Assembly (NCBI GenBank): GCA_965116875.1 | Contig: OZ220733.1 | Span: 4,640,001-4,704,000 of the forward strand | Source: Candidatus Latescibacterota bacterium | Lineage (GTDB): Bacteria; Latescibacterota; UBA2968; GCA-2709665 | DNA: 64,000 bases | Reading direction: 5' to 3' | Position numbers and translations under genes: made by a program | Shown here: in pieces, positions 30,120 through 38,969 of the stretch | How positions within the stretch are numbered: the first letter of the stretch is position 1 | Layout: each line of letters begins with the position of its first letter | Notes under the pieces: model-generated | What the model was told of the DNA's origin: nothing | The model's database searches: none | Seen by the model: the letters and a program-made list of their open reading frames with translations, nothing else

Positions 30120-32375
30120 TTGTCCAATCCCCGATTTGAGAAGTCGTCGCCCGTCCCGGGCCTCGGGCTGGAGGGCTACGCGGATGAAATAACCCTTCCC
30201 GCCGGAGCGCGTATCTCATTCAAACTGGGCGGGCCTCCGGGTGCAGCGGATGTGAACCTGTCGCGGCTGATCCATGGCGATCCGAATCCTCACGGGCCGG
30301 GTTACCGGGAGGAACGCGTGTCATGGGGGCAGCCGGATCGGGTTGAGGTTTCCGAACAGGCAACGGACTACGGTTCGTACGTAGAGATTCCCCACTCCGA
30401 TACCCTGAATCCGAAGGGTCCGTTTACCGTTGGGCTCTGGTACCAACCGACACTGGGCGGCGGCGGCTGGCGGGCCCTGGCCGTGAAGTGGACGCGCGAA
30501 AATCTGGGCTACGGGATTTTCTTCGCGGGTGAGCGCTTTCTTACGGCTGCGGTGTCTCATGACGGTATGACGGCGCAATGGGCAACAGCCAGAGAGAACA
30601 TCCACGTTGGCAACTGGCAATTCGTGGCGTTCTCGTACCGTCCTGACTCTGGTGAAATCCGTCTCTACCAACAGATCGGCGATACTGCGGGTGTCGTCGA
30701 AACCCGTTCGTCCCCCGATACGCTGAGTCTTTCGTCGAAAAAAATCCGGAAGGGTTCCGTGTTCGCGGGTAACGCGCCATTGCTGTTCGGCGCGTGCCGG
30801 GACCCCGATCGCGGCGCTTGCCACTGGGCACACTTCACGGGCAAGATTGCGCATCCCGTGATTCTCGGAGCCGCGCTCGATTCCGAAGCGGTCCGGGCGC
30901 TTGCAAACGGGCAGGATCCGTCAACACTCGGCCCCGTCGTTGGAAACTGGCATCTTGGCATGGACGTTACAGGCCCCAGGGTCGTCGATCTGTCTGACAA
31001 CCGAAACCACGGGGTAGCCGTCAATGCGCCGGGGCGTGCGGTGACGGGGCCGTTCTGGTCGGGAATGCCGTCCAGGCTCTATACGGATCGGCCCGATGAT
31101 TACAACGCGATCTACCTGCACGAAGACGACCTCGAAGATGCCGGGTGGCCGACGTCTTTCTCGGTTGACGTGCCATCCGACGCGAGGTCCGGCATATATA
31201 CACTGCGGGCCCGGTCCGGTTCGGACGCACTCTTCGTGCCGTTTATCGTTACATCGAGGACGCCGCGGTCCGAACTGGCCTGTCTGATTCCCACGTTGAC
31301 CTGGCAGGCATACGGAAGTAACCGCGCCGCGTACAGCTATACTGAAGACGGTGTCCTGGACCGTACGCTGTGCACCTACGACGTTCACAGCGACGGGTCG
31401 ATGGTTCATTATTACTCGCGCCTTCAACCCACCCGGGGATGGAATCCCGGCGCGGGATTCCAGAACTGGGGCGCGCACAACATTACGGCGAACCTCTACC
31501 TGATCGACTGGCTGGAGGCACTGGAATTCGAATACGAGGTGTTTGCGGACGAGGACCTTCATCGCGGGGGCGCCGATCTGCTCTCCGGCTATCGATGCGT
31601 GGTCCTGGGAAGTCATCCCGAATACCACACCGAAAACATGGTGGACAGCCTGGCGGCGTACGTGCGAAACGGGGGCCGTCTCGTCTATTTGAGCGGCAAT
31701 GGTTTGTACTGGGTGACGTCCATCGACGCCCGGCGGCCGCACCTGCTGGAACTTCGCCGGGGAGGAGAAGGCGACTACGGACCTGCGTACGATCCGGCGC
31801 CGGGGGAATCCCAACACAGTACGACACTGGAGCTGGGAGGTTTGTGGGCCCGGCGTGGACGACCGCCGCGACGGACGGTGGGCGTGGAACACGCATCCAA
31901 CGCCTGGATCGAATCCAACGCAAAACGGGGATTCCGGCGGCTTCCTTCAAGCAGGGACGCAAGATACGCCTGGGTATTCCACGGCGTCGGGGCGGACGAG
32001 ATCATCGGCGACTTCGGTCTGAACCTGGGCAGCGCGGCCGGATTTGAAATGGATGCCGTTCAGGCCTGGGCGTGGGACCGGTTCACGCCTGAGCCGGTAG
32101 TACTCGCCAGGGCGTTGCATCCGGATTTTGTCCCCGCCCGGCGCACGCATGTCTCGCCCGCAGCCGACGTGGCGATTATGGACTATGCCGGGGGAGGCGC
32201 GGTTTTTTCTGCGGGCTCCGTAACCTGGACGGGCAGCCTTTCTCACAACGGGTATTCGAATAACGTTTCAAAGATCACACGCAACGTGATTCGCCGATTT
32301 CTGAATACGCCCGCCGGCCAGACAGTGCTGGGTGACGCCGACCCGACGTCGCCGGTGGGGGCGTGTTCCCGGTAA
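30120..32375 (+). CDS. N,N-dimethylformamidase large-subunit family protein with LamG-like domain
   Basis: GYAD..LIHGDPNPHGPG, TWQAY, YDVHSDG, DWLE, GSHPEY, YLSGNGLYW, GFEMD, GAVFSAGS..W. Confidence 0.85.
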   Translation: MSNPRFEKSSPVPGLGLEGYADEITLPAGARISFKLGGPPGAADVNLSRLIHGDPNPHGPGYREERVSWGQPDRVEVSEQATDYGSYVEIPHSDTLNPKGPFTVGLWYQPTLGGGGWRALAVKWTRENLGYGIFFAGERFLTAAVSHDGMTAQWATARENIHVGNWQFVAFSYRPDSGEIRLYQQIGDTAGVVETRSSPDTLSLSSKKIRKGSVFAGNAPLLFGACRDPDRGACHWAHFTGKIAHPVILGAALDSEAVRALANGQDPSTLGPVVGNWHLGMDVTGPRVVDLSDNRNHGVAVNAPGRAVTGPFWSGMPSRLYTDRPDDYNAIYLHEDDLEDAGWPTSFSVDVPSDARSGIYTLRARSGSDALFVPFIVTSRTPRSELACLIPTLTWQAYGSNRAAYSYTEDGVLDRTLCTYDVHSDGSMVHYYSRLQPTRGWNPGAGFQNWGAHNITANLYLIDWLEALEFEYEVFADEDLHRGGADLLSGYRCVVLGSHPEYHTENMVDSLAAYVRNGGRLVYLSGNGLYWVTSIDARRPHLLELRRGGEGDYGPAYDPAPGESQHSTTLELGGLWARRGRPPRRTVGVEHASNAWIESNAKRGFRRLPSSRDARYAWVFHGVGADEIIGDFGLNLGSAAGFEMDAVQAWAWDRFTPEPVVLARALHPDFVPARRTHVSPAADVAIMDYAGGGAVFSAGSVTWTGSLSHNGYSNNVSKITRNVIRRFLNTPAGQTVLGDADPTSPVGACSR

Positions 32376-32405
32376 AGAGTTGCGTTTTGCAAAGGACCCG
32401 TCCTG

Positions 32406-33473
32406 ATGAACGCTGGTGAGTCGAAGAACCCCCGCGGCCTGATGCAGCGGCTTGACGAAGATGCGGTGATATGCGCAGAGGGCTACCTGTTTGAACTTGA
32501 GCGTCGGGGGTATCTGCAGGCGGGCCCCTACGTGCCGGAGGTCGTGCTCGAGCATCCCGAGGTCGTGGCCGGGCTGCATCTCGAATTCTGGCGCGCGGGC
32601 ACCGACGTGATCGAAGCGTTTACATACTACGGGCACCGTGAAAAGTTGCGTCTCATTGGCAGTGAACATCTTCTGGAACCTCTGCAGAAAAGCGCATTGT
32701 CCATTGCGCAATCGGTCGCCGGATCCGTCGAAGGCGAACGTCCGCTCGTGGCCGGCAATATCTGCAATACCAACATATGGGATCCGGCCGATCGCGCAAC
32801 GGATGCGCAGGTTACGGCGATGTTCGACGAGCAGGTGGCCTGGGCGGTTGAGGCAAACGTCGATTTCATGATCGCGGAGACATTTTCTTTTTTCGGCGAG
32901 GCGGCGCTGGCGCTGGCGTCCATCAGACGCGCCGGCATTCCGGCTGTCGTAACCTTCGCCCACCATCGCGAGGAAGGGTTGAGGGATGGCGTCATGCTGG
33001 ATGAGGCCGCAGCTTGCCTTGAACAGGCCGGGGCCGACGTCGTGGGGGTGAATTGCACCAGGGGACCGCGTACGATGCTGCCCGACGTTGAACGAATTCG
33101 GCGTTCGGTGTCGTGCCACGTGGCCGCGCTGCCGGTGCCGTATCGAACGACGGATGAGCAACCGACGTTTCAATCTCTGAGGGAACCGGACACCGATGCC
33201 CCGCCCGGGGAACGTTCGTTTCCGACGGCGCTGGATCCGTTTACATGCCACCGGTACGAAATGGCTGCGTTTGCGCGTACAGCGTTCGAAATGGGGGTCC
33301 GGTACCTCGGCGTCTGCTGCGGCGCCGGGCCACATCACGTCAGGTCGATCGCGGAAGCGTTGGGGCGGCGCCCGCCAGCCAGCAGGTACTCACCGGATAT
33401 GTCCAGGCACTATGCGCTGGGCAGCGATGCCGGGCTCAGGGTTCACAATCAGGAGTTCGTCGATAAGCTGTGA
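32406..33473 (+). CDS. Betaine-homocysteine S-methyltransferase-like protein
   Basis: AEGYLFELERRGY..G..PE, EF.RAG.DV..FTYY, GVNCTRGP, FPTALDP, GVCCG. Confidence 0.85.
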   Translation: MNAGESKNPRGLMQRLDEDAVICAEGYLFELERRGYLQAGPYVPEVVLEHPEVVAGLHLEFWRAGTDVIEAFTYYGHREKLRLIGSEHLLEPLQKSALSIAQSVAGSVEGERPLVAGNICNTNIWDPADRATDAQVTAMFDEQVAWAVEANVDFMIAETFSFFGEAALALASIRRAGIPAVVTFAHHREEGLRDGVMLDEAAACLEQAGADVVGVNCTRGPRTMLPDVERIRRSVSCHVAALPVPYRTTDEQPTFQSLREPDTDAPPGERSFPTALDPFTCHRYEMAAFARTAFEMGVRYLGVCCGAGPHHVRSIAEALGRRPPASRYSPDMSRHYALGSDAGLRVHNQEFVDKL

Positions 33474-33483
33474 GGAATCCGGC

Positions 33484-33596
33484 GGCAGGTTCCCGCACGG
33501 AATGGTGAGAAACCGGAGGCGCCGTTGCGTACCGGGCAGGACTCCGGGATTGGACCGGCGTCTCCGGAGGGTGCATCGGGCGGGGCACAAACCTGC
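33484..33596. other. Long imperfect intergenic stem-loop
   Basis: Nested pairings GCAGGTT/AACCTGC, CCCGC/GCGGG, CCGGAGGCGCCG/CGGCGTCTCCGG. Confidence 0.45.
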
Positions 33597-33630
33597 TTTT
33601 CTGGAAAACCGACCTGGAGTCCTCGAGTCC

Positions 33631-35232
33631 ATGCGATCCTGCGCGACAGCCATCGCGGAAACCTTCTACGAAGGCGGTGTAAGGTACGTATTCGGCCACC
33701 CCGGCGGCGAGGTTGTGGACCTGATCGACGCGCTGGAGAAGACCGGTATCCGATTTATACTGACCGGTCACGAAGCCGCCGCCGCCTTTATGGCCAGCGC
33801 AGCCGGGCGCCTTACAGGGACGCCTGGGGTCTGCCTGGCGACGCTTGGCCCGGGCGCATGCAATCTGTTGCTGGGTGTCGGCGCCGCGTACCTCGACAGG
33901 GACCCGATCGTGGCCATGTCCGCGCTCAGCCCGGTTTCCCGGTCACGGGTGAGCCAGAAACAGAATCTGCCTCTCGATGATTTGTTCGATCCCGTATGCA
34001 AGTGGTCCGTCGTCCTGGAGAAAACCGGCGTCCAGGCTACTGTGCGGCGGGCCCTGAAGGTTGCGGCCGCGGCGCCAGCCGGGCCGGTTTATCTCGCGAT
34101 ACCGAATGACGTCGCCGTGGCCGACACGGCGCCTGGTGCGGGAGCCTCGATACCGGATCCGACTCGCGCCTGCATCGGGAGTCTCGACGAAATAGCGGCG
34201 ACGCTGAACAGGGCTGAACGTCCGGTCGGCGTTGTGGGGATGGCACTGGACGTCCAACGGGATTCGCCCGCCGTGCGTCGGTTTTTTTCAGAGTCGGAGA
34301 TTCCATACGTCGTGCTGCCGCAGGCAAAGGGTATTCCCGATGAGCTCGGACCAGGATTTCTGGGCACGATCGCATCGGCCGCGGGAGACGCCGTTCTCGT
34401 GGACCTGCTCAGGAGGAGCGATTGTCTTCTCGGCGTGGGCTTCGATCCGGTGGAATCCGCGCAGGACTGGCATCTTCGCCAGCCCGTTTACTCCCTGGCC
34501 GATTGCTCGATCGCCTTTGGCGACTTCAGTCCGGCTTCCGAATGCGTGGGCGACGTTTCATTCCTGCTGGATCGCTTGCTGAAGGGATATACGGCGCGCG
34601 CGCGCTGGTCGGCCGCTGAAATCCGCAGCGCAAGGGACGGCGTAGCGGATTCGATCCGGCCCGGTGAGGAAGGCGGTGACAACGGTCTTTCCCCGTTTCA
34701 TTTGATACGCGAATTGCACGAAACGCTGCCCGGGGAAACCATTCTCTCCGTAGACGTCGGCGCGCACAAGATGCTGGTTTCGCAGGTCTGGCGGGCGCGT
34801 TCGCCGGGGTCGTTCCTGACGTCTAACGGCCTTTCCGCGATGGGCTATGGACTGCCGTCGGCGCTGACGGCGTCGCTCCTGCGGCCGGGCCAGCCGGTGG
34901 CGGGCGTCTTCGGCGACGCCGGTTTCGCAATGATGGTCCAGGAATTGGAGACCGCGCGCAGGCTGGGACTGCGACCGTTTCTGGTGGTGATGTGCGACCG
35001 GTCCCTGGCAATTGTCAAGGTCGCTCAGGCCATGCGAAACCTCCCGTACCGTGGCGTTGACCTCCAGCTGGTGGATTGGGCCAGGGTCGCTGATGGGTTT
35101 GGAGCAACGGGCGTGACGGTGACCACCCTCGAGGAAATGCGGCGGGCCGGCGAGGCGTGGCTGGCCAAACCGGAGTTGACGGTCGTGGCTGCCAGTGTGG
35201 ACGAGAGATTGTACACCGGCCTGGAATACTAG
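33631..35232 (+). CDS. Thiamine diphosphate-dependent enzyme (acetolactate synthase-like)
   Basis: FGHPGGE, HEAAAAFMA, TLGPGA.N, DVGAHK, SNGLSAMGYGLP, GDAGF.M..QELET. Confidence 0.88.
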   Translation: MRSCATAIAETFYEGGVRYVFGHPGGEVVDLIDALEKTGIRFILTGHEAAAAFMASAAGRLTGTPGVCLATLGPGACNLLLGVGAAYLDRDPIVAMSALSPVSRSRVSQKQNLPLDDLFDPVCKWSVVLEKTGVQATVRRALKVAAAAPAGPVYLAIPNDVAVADTAPGAGASIPDPTRACIGSLDEIAATLNRAERPVGVVGMALDVQRDSPAVRRFFSESEIPYVVLPQAKGIPDELGPGFLGTIASAAGDAVLVDLLRRSDCLLGVGFDPVESAQDWHLRQPVYSLADCSIAFGDFSPASECVGDVSFLLDRLLKGYTARARWSAAEIRSARDGVADSIRPGEEGGDNGLSPFHLIRELHETLPGETILSVDVGAHKMLVSQVWRARSPGSFLTSNGLSAMGYGLPSALTASLLRPGQPVAGVFGDAGFAMMVQELETARRLGLRPFLVVMCDRSLAIVKVAQAMRNLPYRGVDLQLVDWARVADGFGATGVTVTTLEEMRRAGEAWLAKPELTVVAASVDERLYTGLEY

Positions 35233-35276
35233 CGTTTTCGGCGACGGAACACCGGGAACGCGGACACGAGGCAACC

Positions 35277-36614
35277 ATGCATATACCCGAACACACAACA
35301 TACCTGATTATCGGCGCCGGAGTTCACGGCCTGAGTACCGGCTATCACCTGGCGAGGGAGCTGAACAGGCGGCGCGGCGTTGCCGGTTCCGACGTGCTGA
35401 TCGTGGACAAGAAGGGTGTGGCTGCGGGCGCTTCCGGCATTGCCTGCGGCGTCATCCGCAATAACTACTTCCAGCCGGCCATGCGCGAACTGATGGCGCA
35501 CAGCGTCGATTTATGGGAGACCGATCCGGAGGCGTTCAGCTACCATCCCGTCGGATACATGCAGATCAGCCCCGAGTCCATGCATGAAGACGTCGCCAGT
35601 ATCGCTCAACAGCAGCGCGAGATCGGTTACGAGTCGGAGTTTATAGAAGGCCATGCAGACTGTATGAAATACATGCGGCGTCTGTTTCACGACTGGCAGG
35701 CGAAGGGAATCACATCCGTTCTTCACGAAAAAAGAGGGGGGTACGCCAACAATCGGGCGTCGATGAAGGGCCTGGCGGACAAGGCCGGAAGCGAAGGCGT
35801 CAGAATTCTGGAAGGCGTCGCGGTCACCGGATTCCGGCTTGATGGAGGGGCTGTCTCGGCGGTGGAAACGGATCGCGGCGTGATCCGGACAGACCAGGTC
35901 GTTGTGGCTGCCGGGCCGTGGGCGAAGCTTCTCTGGGATATGCTGGGGCTGCCCGCATCGGTAAGCATAAAGGGTTCGGACGGAGCGATGTACCACGAAA
36001 TCCCAATGTGGAGTTACTGGTGTCTGCAGGAAGGTACGCTGGGCGTCGACCCCAACTATCTCAAGACCAACGACGGCAGGATGCCCCCCGTAATCCATCT
36101 GGACACGGACGCGCCGCTGTATTCGGACGTAGACGGTTCGCTGATTACCGATCGACTGTGGGGCATTTATTACAAGCCCGATTTCCACTTCGGGGGTGTG
36201 CAGGGCGGGGCGATGCCCTACCGGGTGGAACGTCCGCCGGACGAAGTGGCGGTAGACCCCTATGGCCCGGAGTCTCCCGATTTCATCGTAGGAGACCGGT
36301 TCGCACACCAGTGGTGCTCGGCACTGGCATTCTGCCACAAACGGTTTCAGGGAAAATCCCCACTCTTCAGAAGAGAGCCATCCGGCGGCATTGGCGCGTT
36401 TACGCCCGACAGCTTCCCGGTGTTCGACCGGTTTCACCAGAACTGTTACATCATTGCGGACTCCAACCACGGGTACAAGATGATTGGCGTGGGCAGGCTG
36501 GTGGCTGAGGAACTCCTGGGCGGATCCTCGCGCCTGCTGGAGCCGTTCCGCTTTTCCCGTTACGCCGCGGGCAGGCTCCATCCGGTATCCAGCAGTCCGT
36601 TCCCGTGGAGCTGA
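35277..36614 (+). CDS. FAD-dependent amine oxidoreductase, N-methylglutamate dehydrogenase subunit A (MgdA)/SoxB-like
   Basis: IIGAGVHGLS, AGASGIACGVIRNNYFQPAMRELMAHS, FTPDSFPVFD, DSNHGYKMIGVG. Confidence 0.75.
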   Translation: MHIPEHTTYLIIGAGVHGLSTGYHLARELNRRRGVAGSDVLIVDKKGVAAGASGIACGVIRNNYFQPAMRELMAHSVDLWETDPEAFSYHPVGYMQISPESMHEDVASIAQQQREIGYESEFIEGHADCMKYMRRLFHDWQAKGITSVLHEKRGGYANNRASMKGLADKAGSEGVRILEGVAVTGFRLDGGAVSAVETDRGVIRTDQVVVAAGPWAKLLWDMLGLPASVSIKGSDGAMYHEIPMWSYWCLQEGTLGVDPNYLKTNDGRMPPVIHLDTDAPLYSDVDGSLITDRLWGIYYKPDFHFGGVQGGAMPYRVERPPDEVAVDPYGPESPDFIVGDRFAHQWCSALAFCHKRFQGKSPLFRREPSGGIGAFTPDSFPVFDRFHQNCYIIADSNHGYKMIGVGRLVAEELLGGSSRLLEPFRFSRYAAGRLHPVSSSPFPWS

Positions 36615-36688
36615 GCGTTCACCGGACGCGTCAGTCCGCGGTCGTTCCCGCTGCGTAAACAATGTGCCGGCACAAGGAGCGTTCACTG

Positions 36689-37936
36689 ATGTCTCACCCG
36701 GACGTACGGCGACACATGCGGGTCCGTCATACGGATTGGGGCGACGCCGTGCGTATCGACCTCAATCAGTTGGGTTCGCAACTGCCCGCTTACGACATAC
36801 AGGGCGCAACGTGGTCGGAGACTACCGGCGAGGCATTACGCGACGAATGGTCGGAGTCCCAGAACGTGGCGCTCTGCGACACGATGACGGAGGTCGCCGC
36901 CGGGTTTGGAGGGGGTTTTGGTTCCTTTGCCGAATGGACGGTTCTGCACAACAAGCGGTACGACGGCACCCACATGCGCGATGTGCGGCGGGCTCGGTTC
37001 GGTCACGGGTACCGCGCCGCGATCACCACGCTTGGCTGGGCGCATTCAAGGACCGGCCTCTCCACGTGCATTCAGGCAGTGGGTTATGTGCCCAGACCCG
37101 GCGCGACGTTCCATCAGGCCATATGGCGTCCGGAATCATTGTACGATACGGAGTTCATGGCGCTTGCCCCCGCCGTCATTACCCGGTTCGGCGGAGGCCG
37201 GCAGATCCATCTGTCGGGCGTTGTCGCGTGGGACGAAGACATCAATCCGCTGTTCGAAGGACAACCGGAACGCCAGATCCGCCACGTGTTCGATCTCATC
37301 CAGGACGTTTTTGAGGAGGGGGGCGGCTCGCTGAGCGACGTCGTGCGTCTCCGTCCGTTCGCCCACTGTACGAGGATCGCGCGCCTCATCCGCAAGGAAG
37401 TAGACCGGCGCTGGTCCGGCCGTCCGCGACCCGTCGTTATGATGTCGGACAGCCGGCGTTTCGGCGATTCACCCAGCCTGTTCGCGGAAATACAGGTCAT
37501 GGGGGTCCTGTCCGACAGCGATAGCGAGGTGCGTCACTCGGAGACCCGGATTCCCGCCGGAGTCCCGGATGATGGCGCCTTGCGGATTCGCCGCTGCCGC
37601 GCCCGTGGCTGGGAACTGATCCAGATGGGCGAACTGCGGGCGCCCCGGGGCACCGACCCGTGCAGGGAGGCGGAGCAGGTTGCGGAACAGCTGGCAACCG
37701 TCATCGATCGGCTGTCGCTTTCACGGAGAGAAATCTGTCTGACGTTTGCCTACGTCAGTTCACCGGAAACCGCCGAGGCGTTCCCGGAAATCGTCTCCCA
37801 GGCGGTGCCGGCGGAAACGGTGCACGTGTTGCCGTGCCCCGCAATGCCTGAACTGGATGGGCGCCGCGTCAAGGTGGAACTGACAGCCGGACGGCGCGTG
37901 GATCGTGTCTCGTCAACGGAATCGGAAAACCCCTGA
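36689..37936 (+). CDS. Multi-domain RidA/YjgF-fold protein
   Basis: Central domain IHLSG..QIRHVFD.I..V.E.GG.LSDVVRL...FAEIQ; degenerate flanking copies ending CIQAVG and VKVELTA; AAGGAG RBS. Confidence 0.6.
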   Translation: MSHPDVRRHMRVRHTDWGDAVRIDLNQLGSQLPAYDIQGATWSETTGEALRDEWSESQNVALCDTMTEVAAGFGGGFGSFAEWTVLHNKRYDGTHMRDVRRARFGHGYRAAITTLGWAHSRTGLSTCIQAVGYVPRPGATFHQAIWRPESLYDTEFMALAPAVITRFGGGRQIHLSGVVAWDEDINPLFEGQPERQIRHVFDLIQDVFEEGGGSLSDVVRLRPFAHCTRIARLIRKEVDRRWSGRPRPVVMMSDSRRFGDSPSLFAEIQVMGVLSDSDSEVRHSETRIPAGVPDDGALRIRRCRARGWELIQMGELRAPRGTDPCREAEQVAEQLATVIDRLSLSRREICLTFAYVSSPETAEAFPEIVSQAVPAETVHVLPCPAMPELDGRRVKVELTAGRRVDRVSSTESENP

Positions 37937-38063
37937 TACCATTGGCCGCAATCGGGCGGTTCCCCACGCGTTTCCTGCGTATCCTTGCGGAACGATCTTC
38001 ACCGCTGTCCGGTCTAAAGCACAGTGTACGGTTCTCCCTCGGAACACGAAAAAGGGGCTGGCA

Positions 38064-38969
38064 ATGCGTATCGTTGCGACTGGATTGACGAAGATCTATC
38101 CGAAGGGGACCGTGCCCGCGCTGGACAACGTGGACCTCGAGATCGGAAAGGGGACCTTCGGGCTGCTCGGACCGAACGGCGCGGGAAAAACCACGCTCAT
38201 CAAGATACTTTCAACTCAGATGGCGCCAACGTCCGGCCATGTAAGCGTGGGTGCCTGGGATCTGCAGCGGAACCGCTCCGAGGTTCGTCGCAGTCTGGGA
38301 TATCTTCCCCAGCACTTCGGTTCGTATCCGCAACTGACGGCGTGGGAGTTTCTGGACTATATGGACCGGCTGGCGGCCGGACGGAGACAGAACGGCAGAA
38401 AAGGGCGTGTGCGCGATGCGCTGGAGAACGTGGGTCTTTACGACGTGCGCGACCGCCGGACCGGCACGTTTTCCGGGGGAATGATGCGGCGCCTCGGGAT
38501 TGCGCAGGCCATTGTGGGCGATCCGGAAATCCTGGTCGTCGATGAGCCCACCGTGGGACTCGATCCGGAAGAACGCATTCGGTTCCGGGGAATCCTTGCC
38601 CGGTTGAGTCGGGACCGGGCCATCCTGATTTCAACCCACATCGTGGGCGATATTTCAAGTACCTGCGATGATCTGGCGGTGCTGAACACAGGGCGGATCG
38701 TCTACAGGGGATCTCCCCAGGCGCTGGTTGATCGCGCCAATGGCAAGACGTGGCGCCTGCAGGCGGACGATGCCGAATTCGAATCGATATCCCGGAAGTT
38801 TCTTGTCGTGACGGTCGCGGTGGACGGCGGCCGGATGGACCTCAGGTTCGTGGGCGATGCCCGGCCGCCTGCAAACTCCGAACCGGTACCACCGAATCTC
38901 GAAGACGCGTACGTGTATTTTATGGGTATGGAGAATCCTGAACGGGACGCAGGAGCGCAAGGATCATGA
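38064..38969 (+). CDS. ABC transporter ATP-binding protein (DrrA-like)
   Basis: [41 protein letters not shown]. Confidence 0.93.
   Translation: MRIVATGLTKIYPKGTVPALDNVDLEIGKGTFGLLGPNGAGKTTLIKILSTQMAPTSGHVSVGAWDLQRNRSEVRRSLGYLPQHFGSYPQLTAWEFLDYMDRLAAGRRQNGRKGRVRDALENVGLYDVRDRRTGTFSGGMMRRLGIAQAIVGDPEILVVDEPTVGLDPEERIRFRGILARLSRDRAILISTHIVGDISSTCDDLAVLNTGRIVYRGSPQALVDRANGKTWRLQADDAEFESISRKFLVVTVAVDGGRMDLRFVGDARPPANSEPVPPNLEDAYVYFMGMENPERDAGAQGS

Noticed and set aside
28322-30127. 601-aa minus-strand ORF
   Set aside because: Antisense shadow of the two SDR genes
33196-33630. N-terminal extension of the ThDP enzyme
   Set aside because: Overlaps the BHMT-like gene; family homology starts near ATG 33631
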